A DNA stretch of 64,000 nt from Deltaproteobacteria bacterium (lineage in GTDB: Bacteria > Myxococcota_A > Polyangia > JAAYKL01), in assembly GCA_029565915.1 (NCBI GenBank), contig JAKQNG010000197.1, positions 12,759 to 76,758 of the forward strand. The letters are read 5' to 3'. A program made the position numbers and the translations under genes. Under the pieces are notes generated by a model. It ran no database searches, was not told the origin of the DNA, and saw only the letters and a list, made by a program, of their open reading frames with translations. Positions 19,529-28,764 of this stretch are shown here, one piece after another (position 1 is the stretch's first letter; the number at the start of each line of letters is the position of its first letter).

Positions 19529-19590
19529 CGAAGACCTCCACCTGAGTTGGACCGGCCGTCGAGGGACCGGTAGTTGACGGTCCGGAACTT

Positions 19591-19606
19591 CTCAATTCCC
19601 GTGCCA
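19591..19606 (-). promoter_or_regulatory. Possible sigma-54 (-24/-12) promoter for the TorF-like gene
   Basis: Minus strand reads TGGCACGGGAATTGAG = TGGCAC-N5-TTGA, one mismatch to TTGC, about 60 nt upstream of the start. Confidence 0.45.
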
Positions 19607-19782
19607 CCTTCCGCGGGCGGACAAAAAAACAATCAGAATCGGTGGGTTGCGGGGAAACGGACGGCTTCGGGGACCTGTCGAAATGGTTCAAAATCGTGTC
19701 GTTTGCGTTTTCCGGGACGGAATTGTCCAATGTCGGAGCGGAGGTTGACAGGATCGGGTCCGGTGCACAGGATGGTCATTCA

Positions 19783-21354
19783 ATGAAACCTTATTTATTT
19801 ACAGCGATTCTGTTTCTGGCGGCCTGCGGCAAGGTCGATGTCCCGGCAGAGAAGGCCCCCGCGGGTTCAGCGACTCCACCCTCCCCCACCGGCGACGGAG
19901 GGAAAGAATCTTCCGCACAGACCGACGACGGATTTCCCCGCGCGGCGGATGCCCATTTCGGCCACCTGCCTTCTACCCTCATCCGCAAGCCCCACAAAAT
20001 TGCGCGGATCGATCGCCCCTCCGTGGTGCTGATTGTCATCGACACCCTGAACGCGAAACACATGTCGACCTACGGTTACGAGCGCCCCACCACGCCGCGC
20101 ATCGACGCCCTGGCGCAGAAGGGCATCCGGTTCACCGGTTACGTTTCGAATTCGTCATGGACCCGCCCGTCCTTTACCACAATCATCACCGGACTGCCCA
20201 AGCGGGAGCACGGAGTGGAGCTGGCGAAAAGGGACGTGGACAGGGACATCACCACCATTGCCGAGTACTTCCGGGCCGCCGGCTACCGGACCGCCGGTTT
20301 CGTGGGCAATCCGCTGGTCCGCGGCGTGTGGGGCTTCAACCAGGGATATCAGGTGTACGGGGATACGGCGTCGATGAACAAGGCGTTTCCGCCGGACGGC
20401 CGGGTGGCGCAGCTCGCCGTGGACTGGCTGAAAAAGAACGCGGACGCCCCGTTCTTTCTAAAAATATTTTTTACGGCACCCCACGCGCCCTACCGGCCCC
20501 TGGACAGCGCAAAGCATTTTGTCAACACCGTCGAAAGAGGCACCGTGGTGGAGTATCCCTTCCGCGAATACGCGCAACCCATGCCCCGGGCCGACCATGA
20601 AAAAACCGTGGCTGCCTACGACGACGAAGTGCGCTATGCCGACGCCCAGGTGGGCCGCATCGTGGACGCCCTGCAGGAGCTGGGAGCTTTGTCCCGCACG
20701 GCCATCGTCGTCACCGCGGACCACGGCGAAGTCTTTGGCGACCACAACTGCTGGCAGCACACCTACCACATGTGGGAAGCGGCCCTGCGGGTGCCCTTTG
20801 TGCTGTACCTGCCCTTTTCGGAAACGACGGGGCTGCGGGATGACCGACCCTTCACCCACGTGGATATCCTGCCCACCCTGCTGGACATCGCGGGCATCGC
20901 GCCCGATGGCCTGCGGCCCGCGGGGCTGTCCATCGTGGACGCCCTCGCGCGCAACACCGATCTGTCCGACCGCATCCTGCTGTCCCAGTACAACGCCCAC
21001 GGCATCCGGCGGCAGGCGGTCCGGCAGGGCGCCTTCAAGCTCGTCCACCACCATCCGGTCAGCGCTGACGCCCTCGCCCACCTGAACAGCCTCCACGAGG
21101 ACATTCCCCACGAGGATCCCGCGGACCTGAAGACCCTGGCCACGGACGGCGAGCGCTGGGAGTTCTTCGATCTGGCCGCGGACCCGGGGGAACAGAGGAG
21201 CCTCCACACCACCATGAAGGAGGCCCCTGCCTACCCGGCCCTGATGGACGCCCTTCAACGCGAGCTCGAAGGGGACGACGAGAACAGCGCCCTGTCGAAG
21301 GAGCTGCTGGAGGCCCTGGAGGCGGCGGGCTACATCATGCACGACTCGCCTTGA
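19783..21354 (+). CDS. Sulfatase / alkaline-phosphatase-superfamily lipoprotein
   Basis: Lipobox LAAC; IVIDTL, TTPRID, SSWTRPS, PHAPY, YDDEV..D, TADHGE, DILPTLL. Confidence 0.9.
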   Translation: MKPYLFTAILFLAACGKVDVPAEKAPAGSATPPSPTGDGGKESSAQTDDGFPRAADAHFGHLPSTLIRKPHKIARIDRPSVVLIVIDTLNAKHMSTYGYERPTTPRIDALAQKGIRFTGYVSNSSWTRPSFTTIITGLPKREHGVELAKRDVDRDITTIAEYFRAAGYRTAGFVGNPLVRGVWGFNQGYQVYGDTASMNKAFPPDGRVAQLAVDWLKKNADAPFFLKIFFTAPHAPYRPLDSAKHFVNTVERGTVVEYPFREYAQPMPRADHEKTVAAYDDEVRYADAQVGRIVDALQELGALSRTAIVVTADHGEVFGDHNCWQHTYHMWEAALRVPFVLYLPFSETTGLRDDRPFTHVDILPTLLDIAGIAPDGLRPAGLSIVDALARNTDLSDRILLSQYNAHGIRRQAVRQGAFKLVHHHPVSADALAHLNSLHEDIPHEDPADLKTLATDGERWEFFDLAADPGEQRSLHTTMKEAPAYPALMDALQRELEGDDENSALSKELLEALEAAGYIMHDSP

Positions 21355-21359
21355 CACCC

Positions 21360-21387
21360 GTAGCACCCGATGACATATCCGTAGCAC
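21360..21387. promoter_or_regulatory. Candidate NikR-type operator GTAGCAC-N14-GTAGCAC next to a TTGACA -35 element
   Basis: Exact 7-bp direct repeat at 21360-21366 and 21381-21387; TTGACA at 21351-21356; immediately upstream of the HupE/UreJ genes. Confidence 0.55.
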
Positions 21388-21421
21388 GGAGGCCTGACAC
21401 CCCTTTTAAAGGAGGTTCCTG

Positions 21422-22021
21422 ATGACGACAATCGAACGCCCGGCGGCCTTCGTCAGCGCCGCAACCCTGCTGCTGGTGGCCCTGCCGGTCCTCGCCCACA
21501 CGGACGCGGGGTCCGTGTCGGGTTTCGCCTCGGGATTTCTGCACCCCGTTTCCGGGCTCGACCACGTGGCCGCCATGGCCGCCGTGGGCCTGTGGGGGGC
21601 CTTTCTGGGACAGCCCGCCATCTGGCTGCTGCCGGTGGTGTTTCCCATGGTGATGGCCCTGGGGGGTGTGCTCGGCATCGCCGGCATTCCCGTGCCCGGC
21701 GTGGAAATCCTCATCGCCCTGTCGGGGATGGTCCTCGGTTCCATGGTGGTCTTCAGGGTCAAGCCGCCCATTGCCGTTGCCGCCGCCCTGGTGGGGCTCT
21801 TTGCGATTTTCCACGGCCACGCCCACGGCATGGAGCTGCCCGGCGCCGCCAGCCCCCTTGGCTACAGCGCGGGATTCGTCATCTGCACGGGGCTCATCCA
21901 CCTGTCCGGCATCGCCTTCGGCCTGCTGACAAAATGGAAAAAGGGCGAAATCGCCGTGCGCATTCTGGGCGGCGTCATCGTCCTCGCCGGTGCGTACTTC
22001 CTTGTGAACAGCCTGCGATGA
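21422..22021 (+). CDS. HupE/UreJ family nickel/cobalt permease
   Basis: Signal-AH, GFLHPVSGLDHVAAMAAVGLW, FAIFHGHAHGMELP; AAGGAGG RBS. Confidence 0.93.
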   Translation: MTTIERPAAFVSAATLLLVALPVLAHTDAGSVSGFASGFLHPVSGLDHVAAMAAVGLWGAFLGQPAIWLLPVVFPMVMALGGVLGIAGIPVPGVEILIALSGMVLGSMVVFRVKPPIAVAAALVGLFAIFHGHAHGMELPGAASPLGYSAGFVICTGLIHLSGIAFGLLTKWKKGEIAVRILGGVIVLAGAYFLVNSLR

Positions 22022-22614
22022 ACACCCGGATCTGCGCGATCGCCCTCCTCCTCACCCTCGTGCCCGCCACGGCGCTGGCCCATGCGCCCATCCGGGGCAT
22101 CGGCGATTTTTACAACGGCATCCTCCACCCGCTGATGGTGCCCGCCCACCTCATCGTCCTCATTGCCCTGGGGCTGCTCATCGGACAGCAGATGGCGGAC
22201 CGGATTACGCTGGCCCCCCGGGTGTTCATGGCCGGCCTCCTGCCGGGCCTCGCCGCCGCGACCCTGTTGCCGGTATTCGACTGCGAACCCTTTCTGCTGC
22301 CGGCGGCCCTCGCCTGCGCCATGGCCTGCGCCCTGAAACCCGCCGTGAAGCCGGTCTTAATTCTTTTGGCGGCCGCCCTCTGCGGACTGCTGCTGGGAAT
22401 GGACTCCGCACCTGCCGACCTTCCGCTCCGGGGCCGGCTCATGTCCCTTGGCGGCACGTTCATCGGCGCGTCCCTGTCCCTGTTTTACCTGGCCCTCCTG
22501 TGCACGAAGGCCCGCCGGCCGTGGCAGCAGGTGGGCATCCGGGTGGTTGCCTCGTGGACCGCTGCCAGCGCCCTGCTGGTGCTGGCCCTGCGACTGCTGT
22601 CGAAAAAGGGTTGA
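22018..22614 (+). CDS. Divergent HupE/UreJ-like membrane protein
   Basis: ATGA overlap with the previous gene; AHAPIRGIGDFYNGILHPLMVPAHLIVL; lacks the FHGxAHG motif. Confidence 0.8.
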   Translation: MNTRICAIALLLTLVPATALAHAPIRGIGDFYNGILHPLMVPAHLIVLIALGLLIGQQMADRITLAPRVFMAGLLPGLAAATLLPVFDCEPFLLPAALACAMACALKPAVKPVLILLAAALCGLLLGMDSAPADLPLRGRLMSLGGTFIGASLSLFYLALLCTKARRPWQQVGIRVVASWTAASALLVLALRLLSKKG

Positions 22615-22618
22615 AAAA

Positions 22619-23791
22619 TCAGAAGCTGGCGGTGAGGAATGCGCCCTTCAGGTCCGGCGACAGGACGGGCGTAAACGAGAGGCGGGGCTGCTTCGGGGCT
22701 GCGGCGAGGGGCGTCATGTTGCGCGTTTTGGCATACTGGACGAAAAAGACGATGCTGGTGATGATGAACGCACCGCCCACGGCAAAGAAAACGATGGCGC
22801 CCGCGTTGTTGGACTTCATAGCGGCCTCGGACTTGTCCATGTAACCAGAGATTCGGTACCACTCGGTCTGGTAATCATCGGCGTTATCCAGAACACATAC
22901 TGTATCTGGGTCGTCGTCCAAACATTTAAAACGTTCTGCAACTAGTTCATTGCGCTGCTCATCCCAGGACACGAAGACTTCCATTTCAGACTGGGAGCGC
23001 AGGAGAAAGCCCACGCCGCCGAGGGCAAGGCCTACTCCGACGGGCATCAGCACGCTGGCGGTGATGAGAAATGCGCGCTTTCGTCTCTGAATCTGATCCG
23101 CGGTGAGGGGTTCCGGCTCCGGTTCCGGTTCTTCGTAGACGGGCATGGTCGCCCGGGGCTGCGGCTGAGGCTGCGGCTGCGGCGCCACGGGGCCCACCTC
23201 GATGGGTGCATCGTCGGACGGGGCCGTGTACTGGGGGGGCGGCATCTCCCCCTGCCGGGACGCCAGTGCCGCCTTCTGGGCCTGGGACAGGGGCAGGTAC
23301 TGGGCCGAGAGCACATAGCGGATGGCCGCGTGCATGCCCGCCTCAATCTGCCGCAGGTCGCCGCCCTGCACGATGAAGCGCTTGGCCGACAGCACGGTCT
23401 GGTCACTGGTGTCGAGGAGCTTCACGAACCCGATGGTGCTGTTCTTGTAGGTGGAAAGCTCGCACAGCAGCGCGATGCTCGCGTTCGTTTTCTGGGCCGC
23501 CGTGAGGGCGCAGTCCTCGTTGCACCGACCGCTCGGCGTCTTCGCCGCCTGCTTTGCCTGGGGCTTGGGAATGAGCGAAACGTGTCCGGCCACCCGCAGG
23601 GAAGCCGATTCGAACATGGCGTCCAGCAGGTAGTCCGCGTCGCCGGCCCCGAGCTCCATGGAACCGCTCAGGGGAAGGACGATGAGCTTCGGTTTGTCCT
23701 GGGCAGCGGCTTCTGACGGAAGTGCCAGGGCGCCGACCACAAGGGCGGCAAGGGACAGTCTGATAAACGATGCAAGCGGGTGATGGGTCAT
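22619..23791 (-). CDS. Hypothetical exported/surface protein (N-terminal TolB-N/CsgG-like alpha/beta domain, Pro-rich linker, two hydrophobic helices, C-terminal Phe strand)
   Basis: AAGGAG RBS before ATG 23791; signal peptide; KLIVLPL..CNEDCA..; PQPQPQP; ends PVLSPDLKGAFLTASF. Confidence 0.75.
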   Translation of the reverse strand: MTHHPLASFIRLSLAALVVGALALPSEAAAQDKPKLIVLPLSGSMELGAGDADYLLDAMFESASLRVAGHVSLIPKPQAKQAAKTPSGRCNEDCALTAAQKTNASIALLCELSTYKNSTIGFVKLLDTSDQTVLSAKRFIVQGGDLRQIEAGMHAAIRYVLSAQYLPLSQAQKAALASRQGEMPPPQYTAPSDDAPIEVGPVAPQPQPQPQPRATMPVYEEPEPEPEPLTADQIQRRKRAFLITASVLMPVGVGLALGGVGFLLRSQSEMEVFVSWDEQRNELVAERFKCLDDDPDTVCVLDNADDYQTEWYRISGYMDKSEAAMKSNNAGAIVFFAVGGAFIITSIVFFVQYAKTRNMTPLAAAPKQPRLSFTPVLSPDLKGAFLTASF

Positions 23792-23905
23792 GATATCTCC
23801 TTGAATCAGATGGATGCGCGTCCGGGTTTCCGCAAGGAGGGCTCCGGACGCCCGCACTCAGAAACGCACATTACCGGAAAGCGGGAATTCCCGTACAGTT
23901 AAAAT

Positions 23906-25072
23906 TTAAAAAAGCTCCGACGGGCCGGCTCCGGCGAGGATGGCCGGGACATCCGCCGCCGCGTTTCGAACGTCGAGATACGGGTAGGGCGGCACCAGGG
24001 TGCAGGTGGGGGTGTCGGCCAGGGTCGCGTAGTCGCCAAAATCGTTGCCGAGCAAATCCACGGCGCCCAGGGTGTCGAGGGTGCTGCCGCTGCCGTCGGT
24101 GATGGTGGGCGAGGCGATGCCCGAAAAGACGTTGTGTTCCACGCGGACGCAGGCACCCATACGGGCGCTGATGGCGGTACCTTCGGGGTCCTCACCGGCG
24201 GGCGGGTTTTCGAACAGGTTGTTGAACAGGTGGGCCCTGCCGAAGCGGATGCTCAGGGCCACGGGCCGCACGCCGGAAAACCGGTTGTGGTGAAAGGTGA
24301 CGCGCAGGGCTCCCGCGTCCCCGGTGGCGTCGTCCGAGGCCCCCACGTACATGGCCTTCACGTGGTCGCGGAAAATGCACCAGGACACGGTGATGCAGTC
24401 GGCGCCGTTGGAGATGTCGAGGAGGCTGTCAAAGGGCGTGCTACTGCTGTCACCGGTGCCGTCGTTCCAGATTTCGCAGTGGTCCACCCAGATGTGGTGG
24501 GAGCCGTCTGCGATGCGGATGCCGTCCTGGTCGTCGTCCTGCACGTGATGGATGCGCAGGTTCCGGATGATGACGTTGCTGCCGCCGGTGATGGAGATGC
24601 CGAAGCCGCTCAATTCCGCGTCGCCCGACGTGCCGATGATGGACACGTTCGATCGGTTGGAGATGACCACCCGGCCGGCGTCGTGGGCAATGGGTCCGTT
24701 CACGTGGATGATGAGAGGCGCGTCGCCGCCTTCGTCGATGGCTGCCTGCATGTCCGCGCCGCTGGTCGCGACCACGGGATCCGTGTCCCCGTCGCCCCCC
24801 GTGGTGCCGTCCCGGTCCAGGGCGTTGATGGTGGCGAATCCCCGCAGGCCCGGAACCGCGTCGTCGACAAAGGTGTCCGTGTCCGGATCCGACGGGGAGT
24901 CGGTGGCCGGCGGGTCCGTGTCCAGGGTATCCGTGTCCACCGTGTCACTGCCGGTGCCGGAATCCGTGCCCGGGACCGTGTCGTAAACGGCCGCGACGGG
25001 TTCGATGGTCCGGGAATCGCATCCCGGAAGGAGGACGGCGCCGATCAGAGCGAAGAATCGTATGCGCAGCAT
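23906..25072 (-). CDS. Polysaccharide lyase family 1 (pectate lyase fold) lipoprotein, catalytic Arg substituted
   Basis: Lipobox LPGC; GTTGG, NVIIRNL, DGI, WVDH, DSLLDI, ITVSW, HVKAM, VTFHHN, IRFG.AHLFNN; TAATG overlap with the upstream gene. Confidence 0.88.
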   Translation of the reverse strand: MLRIRFFALIGAVLLPGCDSRTIEPVAAVYDTVPGTDSGTGSDTVDTDTLDTDPPATDSPSDPDTDTFVDDAVPGLRGFATINALDRDGTTGGDGDTDPVVATSGADMQAAIDEGGDAPLIIHVNGPIAHDAGRVVISNRSNVSIIGTSGDAELSGFGISITGGSNVIIRNLRIHHVQDDDQDGIRIADGSHHIWVDHCEIWNDGTGDSSSTPFDSLLDISNGADCITVSWCIFRDHVKAMYVGASDDATGDAGALRVTFHHNRFSGVRPVALSIRFGRAHLFNNLFENPPAGEDPEGTAISARMGACVRVEHNVFSGIASPTITDGSGSTLDTLGAVDLLGNDFGDYATLADTPTCTLVPPYPYLDVRNAAADVPAILAGAGPSELF

Positions 25073-26103
25073 TACCACAGGGTCAGCTCCACCATCAGGT
25101 TCATGGCCAGCCAGGGATTGCCCGGAGAGGCCACATAGCGCCCGGCCATTTCCAGGCGATGGCGGCGCAGGGCATATCCCGCCTGCACATCGAAGCGCAT
25201 GGACACAAACTTTGACATCCGCGCGACGAGGCCCGTGCGCACCCACGGCGTAAAGCCTGCGGCGGTGGTTTCCCGGGCCGACAGGGACAGCAGGCCCGGC
25301 TCGCTGAACCGCTGGTTCACTTCGCCCCTGGTGCGCAGGATGAGCGCGCCGGCGCCCAGTCCGAAGAGGGGCCGGATGCGGTAGTCCGGTGCCAGGGCAA
25401 AGAAGGTGGCGTCGCCGCCGACGACAAAGGGCACGATGATGGCGCTGCCCTCGGGCTCCGAGATGCGGTGGCGGGAAAGGGGCGCGATGCCACTGACGCT
25501 GAGGAAGAGCCGTCCTGCCAGGAGGACGCCGAGGGCCGCGGACACGTTGGCCGAAATGCCCGTGCGGGCACCAAGGAAGGTAAAGCCGGGTCCCAGGACC
25601 ACCTGCAGCCGGGGGGCGGTTGGTTGGTCCTTCGCCGGAGGCGCCGAAAACGCGGTGGCCGCAGCGGAGGGCGGGACTTCGCCGGCGGGTCTGTGCCGGG
25701 CGTGGATTTCCATGAGGCTGGCCCGCAGCAGCTCCACGGCCGCGAGCACCACCAGAGGTTCCAGCGGTTCTTCGCCGGGCGCGATGTCGATGGTACGGAT
25801 GACCACCTTGTCTGTCACCCGGTCGGCCACCCACACCTGCACCGTGCGCCCGGACAGGCTTGCCCGGATGGCCGCAGCTGCATCCGCCTCCCGCGCCGCG
25901 GACGCGATATCCTGCCCGTCGTCCGTCTGTACTTCTGCATCGAACCCGGCGGTGGCCAGCTCCCGCACCAGCCGGTGGGCCGTGTCATCTCCTTGACGGG
26001 CGAGGACGACGACCCGGTTCTCCGCCGCAAAGGACAAGGTGGACGCCAGCATCAGCGCCAGCAGGGCGACGGCGGCAGGGACGTATGGCTTTGTCATGGG
26101 CAT
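25072..26103 (-). CDS. Hypothetical outer-membrane protein (N-terminal alpha/beta domain plus C-terminal beta-barrel)
   Basis: Signal peptide; [10 protein letters not shown]...[11 protein letters not shown]; amphipathic strands; terminal Trp (VELTLW). Confidence 0.7.
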   Translation of the reverse strand: MPMTKPYVPAAVALLALMLASTLSFAAENRVVVLARQGDDTAHRLVRELATAGFDAEVQTDDGQDIASAAREADAAAAIRASLSGRTVQVWVADRVTDKVVIRTIDIAPGEEPLEPLVVLAAVELLRASLMEIHARHRPAGEVPPSAAATAFSAPPAKDQPTAPRLQVVLGPGFTFLGARTGISANVSAALGVLLAGRLFLSVSGIAPLSRHRISEPEGSAIIVPFVVGGDATFFALAPDYRIRPLFGLGAGALILRTRGEVNQRFSEPGLLSLSARETTAAGFTPWVRTGLVARMSKFVSMRFDVQAGYALRRHRLEMAGRYVASPGNPWLAMNLMVELTLW

Positions 26104-26224
26104 CGGGTGCAGCTTACCATTTCCGGGCATCGCCGAACAGATCTGGCACTCATCCGCAGCGGCGGGGCACTTCTGGTGCAGAACCGCCCGGCGGCGGTCT
26201 TCTCACTGTTTAAAGGAGTATCAG

Positions 26225-28063
26225 ATGAAAAGTGCCATTCGATGGGTTCTCTGTTTTCTGGCCATCCTGATTCCCGCCTGTAACGGCGGCACGGATGCCG
26301 CTGCCGTGGACGGCGATGCGGATACGGACAGCGATGCGGACACCGACGCCGACAGCGACACCGACACCGACACCGACGCCGACAGCGACAGCGACAGCGA
26401 TGCCGACAGCGACAGCGATGCCGACACGGATGCGGACAGTGATTCAGACAGCGACACCGACGCCGACACGGATGCGGACAGTGATTCAGACAGCGACACC
26501 GATACGGATGCCGACACGGACAGCGATGGGGACACGGACACAATGGAACCGGTCACGCTGATCATCGACGAACTGGATGCGGGCTTCTGCTCCCTGTCCG
26601 AAGAAATCGAGAATGAACACACGGGCTACACCGGTTCCGGATATGTGAACACCATCAACGCGGCGAGCAGCGCCATCGAGTGGGCCGTGGCATCACCGGT
26701 GGCCGGGACGGTTACCCTTTCGTGGCGGTATGCGACCACGACGGATCGGCCGGCGGATGTCCGGGTCAACGGCGTGGTAGTGGTGGACGATCTGGCCTTT
26801 GACGCCACCGGCGCATGGGCCACCTGGGCCGTGGCCTCCACCTCCGCGGACCTGGCGGCGGGCGTCAACCTCATCCGGTTGGAAGCGACCACCGCCGACG
26901 GCCTCCCGAATATCGATTCCCTCACAGTGGACGGCATGGGCATTTCTGCCGGCGACTGCGGCGGCGATGGAGATACCGACACCGACACTGACACGGATAC
27001 CGACACGGACACGGACACCGACACCGACACGGACACCGACACGGACACCGACACCGACACGGATACCGACACCGACACGGATACCGACACCGACACCGAC
27101 GTCGACGTCGGCGTGATCCGCATCACGGATACCGTTCCCGGCTGGGCTTCCGTTCCGGTCTCCGGCCTGCCTTCCGGAACCACGGGGGGCGGTACGAATC
27201 TCGCCGGCGCCATCACTGTGAGCAACATGACGGCCCTGCAGAACGCAGCGGAGGCGGACGGCGCGGCCATCATCCTGGTGCAGCCGGGCACCTACACGGG
27301 ATCCCTGGAGCCGGCGGCCAATAAAACAATCATCGGGACCGCACCGGGAGTGGTGATTGCGGGGCGCATCCGCCTCTCCGGCGAAGATGTGTTCAACGTC
27401 ATCATCCGCAACCTGGCCGTGCGGGGCAACACCTGCTCCTCCTATGATGAATGCCGTGCGGGAGACGACGCGGTGGCTGTGGAAAACAAGGCCCATCACG
27501 TGTGGCTCGACCACATCGACATCGCGGACGGGCAGGACGGCAACTGCGACTTCTCCAAGGAAGCAGACTACATCACCACATCGTTCAGCCGGTTCCGCTA
27601 CACCTACAACAAGGAACACCGGTTCTCGAACCTCATTTCCAGCAGCGATGATTCCACCGCGGACGCGGACAACCTGCGCATCACCTACATGAACTGCTGG
27701 TGGGGCGAGCGGGTGAACCAGCGCCAGCCAAGGGGACGATTCGGCGACGTGCACCTGTTCAACAACTTCCACAACTCCGGCGACGACGGGCAGATTGTCC
27801 ACGGGCCCGGGGTGCAGATTTCGATGATCATCGAGAACTGCTACTACGAGGTTCCCTCCGGCACGGAAGCCATCAAGATCTACGATGCGTCCGCCACCAT
27901 CCGGGCAACGGGCAACGCGGGAACGGCCACAGACATGAACATGACCGTGGGCTCCGTGTTCACCATTCCCTACGACTACACCCTGCTGCCTGCCGCATCG
28001 GTGAAGGCCGCGGTCACCGCTTCTGTCGGCGGTGCCGGCAACACCTGCACCTTCGCAAACTGA
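26225..28063 (+). CDS. Pectate lyase (PL1) lipoprotein with CBM35/CBM6-like module and Asp-X repeat linkers
   Basis: AAGGAG RBS; lipobox [41 protein letters not shown] and intact RQPRGRFG. Confidence 0.92.
   Translation: MKSAIRWVLCFLAILIPACNGGTDAAAVDGDADTDSDADTDADSDTDTDTDADSDSDSDADSDSDADTDADSDSDSDTDADTDADSDSDSDTDTDADTDSDGDTDTMEPVTLIIDELDAGFCSLSEEIENEHTGYTGSGYVNTINAASSAIEWAVASPVAGTVTLSWRYATTTDRPADVRVNGVVVVDDLAFDATGAWATWAVASTSADLAAGVNLIRLEATTADGLPNIDSLTVDGMGISAGDCGGDGDTDTDTDTDTDTDTDTDTDTDTDTDTDTDTDTDTDTDTDTDTDVDVGVIRITDTVPGWASVPVSGLPSGTTGGGTNLAGAITVSNMTALQNAAEADGAAIILVQPGTYTGSLEPAANKTIIGTAPGVVIAGRIRLSGEDVFNVIIRNLAVRGNTCSSYDECRAGDDAVAVENKAHHVWLDHIDIADGQDGNCDFSKEADYITTSFSRFRYTYNKEHRFSNLISSSDDSTADADNLRITYMNCWWGERVNQRQPRGRFGDVHLFNNFHNSGDDGQIVHGPGVQISMIIENCYYEVPSGTEAIKIYDASATIRATGNAGTATDMNMTVGSVFTIPYDYTLLPAASVKAAVTASVGGAGNTCTFAN
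26309..26542 (+). repeat. Asp-X (DA/DT/DS) low-complexity linker containing an exact 41-nt duplication
   Basis: 78 codons with Asp at alternating positions; 26420-26460 is identical to 26462-26502. Confidence 0.95.
26972..27100 (+). repeat. (Asp-Thr)21-Asp hexanucleotide tandem repeat
   Basis: ga(c/t)ac(c/g/t) units over 129 nt between the CBM and the PL1 domain. Confidence 0.95.
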
Positions 28064-28166
28064 CCCGGAACTGTATCCGTTCATCGTACAGGTTGAAGAA
28101 GTGTTCTTTTTCTGTGAATCATCGCGCAGAGAAATCTGACACAAACCATTTTCAAGGGAGTGGAAC

Positions 28167-28742
28167 ATGAAAGTGATTGCATTCAATGGAAGTCCGCGGC
28201 GCGGTGGCAACACGCGGGCGATGATCGACGCGGTGTGCACTGTTCTGAATGGCGAGGGCATCGAAACGGAGGTGGTGCAGCTTGGCGGGGAGCTGCAGCG
28301 CGGCTGCCGGGGCTGCTATGTCTGCCGGGATCGGCTGGACCAGCGCTGCGTGTACGACAAGGACATCCTGAACGAATCCATTCAGAAAATGATGGCGGCG
28401 GACGGCATTCTGCTGGGTTCCCCCACGTACTTTTCCGACGTCACCGCCGAGATGAAAGCCTTCATCGACCGGGCGGGATTTGTCACCCGCGGCAACGGGT
28501 TCCTGCTGCAAAAAAGGGTGGGCGCGGCGATCGTGGCGGCCCGTCGGGGCGGTGCGATTCACTCCTTTGACACGATGAACCACTTTTTCACCATCTCGCA
28601 GATGATCGTGGTGGGGTCCAGCTACTGGAACGACGGCATCGGCGGCCGACCGGAAGGTGAAGTCACCGGTGACGAAGAGGGAATGAAGACCCTGCGGACC
28701 CTGGGGGAAAACATGTCCTGGCTTTTAAAGAAACTCGCCTGA
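28167..28742 (+). CDS. Iron-sulfur flavoprotein / NADPH-dependent FMN reductase (flavodoxin fold)
   Basis: NGSPRRGGNT, CRGCYVC..C, GSPTYF, KAFIDR, ARRGG, GSSYWN. Confidence 0.92.
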   Translation: MKVIAFNGSPRRGGNTRAMIDAVCTVLNGEGIETEVVQLGGELQRGCRGCYVCRDRLDQRCVYDKDILNESIQKMMAADGILLGSPTYFSDVTAEMKAFIDRAGFVTRGNGFLLQKRVGAAIVAARRGGAIHSFDTMNHFFTISQMIVVGSSYWNDGIGGRPEGEVTGDEEGMKTLRTLGENMSWLLKKLA

Positions 28743-28764
28743 ATAAAGGAAGCGATTGTGGCGC

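Noticed and set aside
26144..26160. Sigma-54 promoter before the CBM-PL1 gene (TGGCACTCATCCGCA)
   Set aside because: GG-to-GC spacing is 9 rather than the required 10 nt.
26309..27100. CRISPR-like repeat array
   Set aside because: In-frame 6-nt coding repeats without unique spacers; no cas genes.
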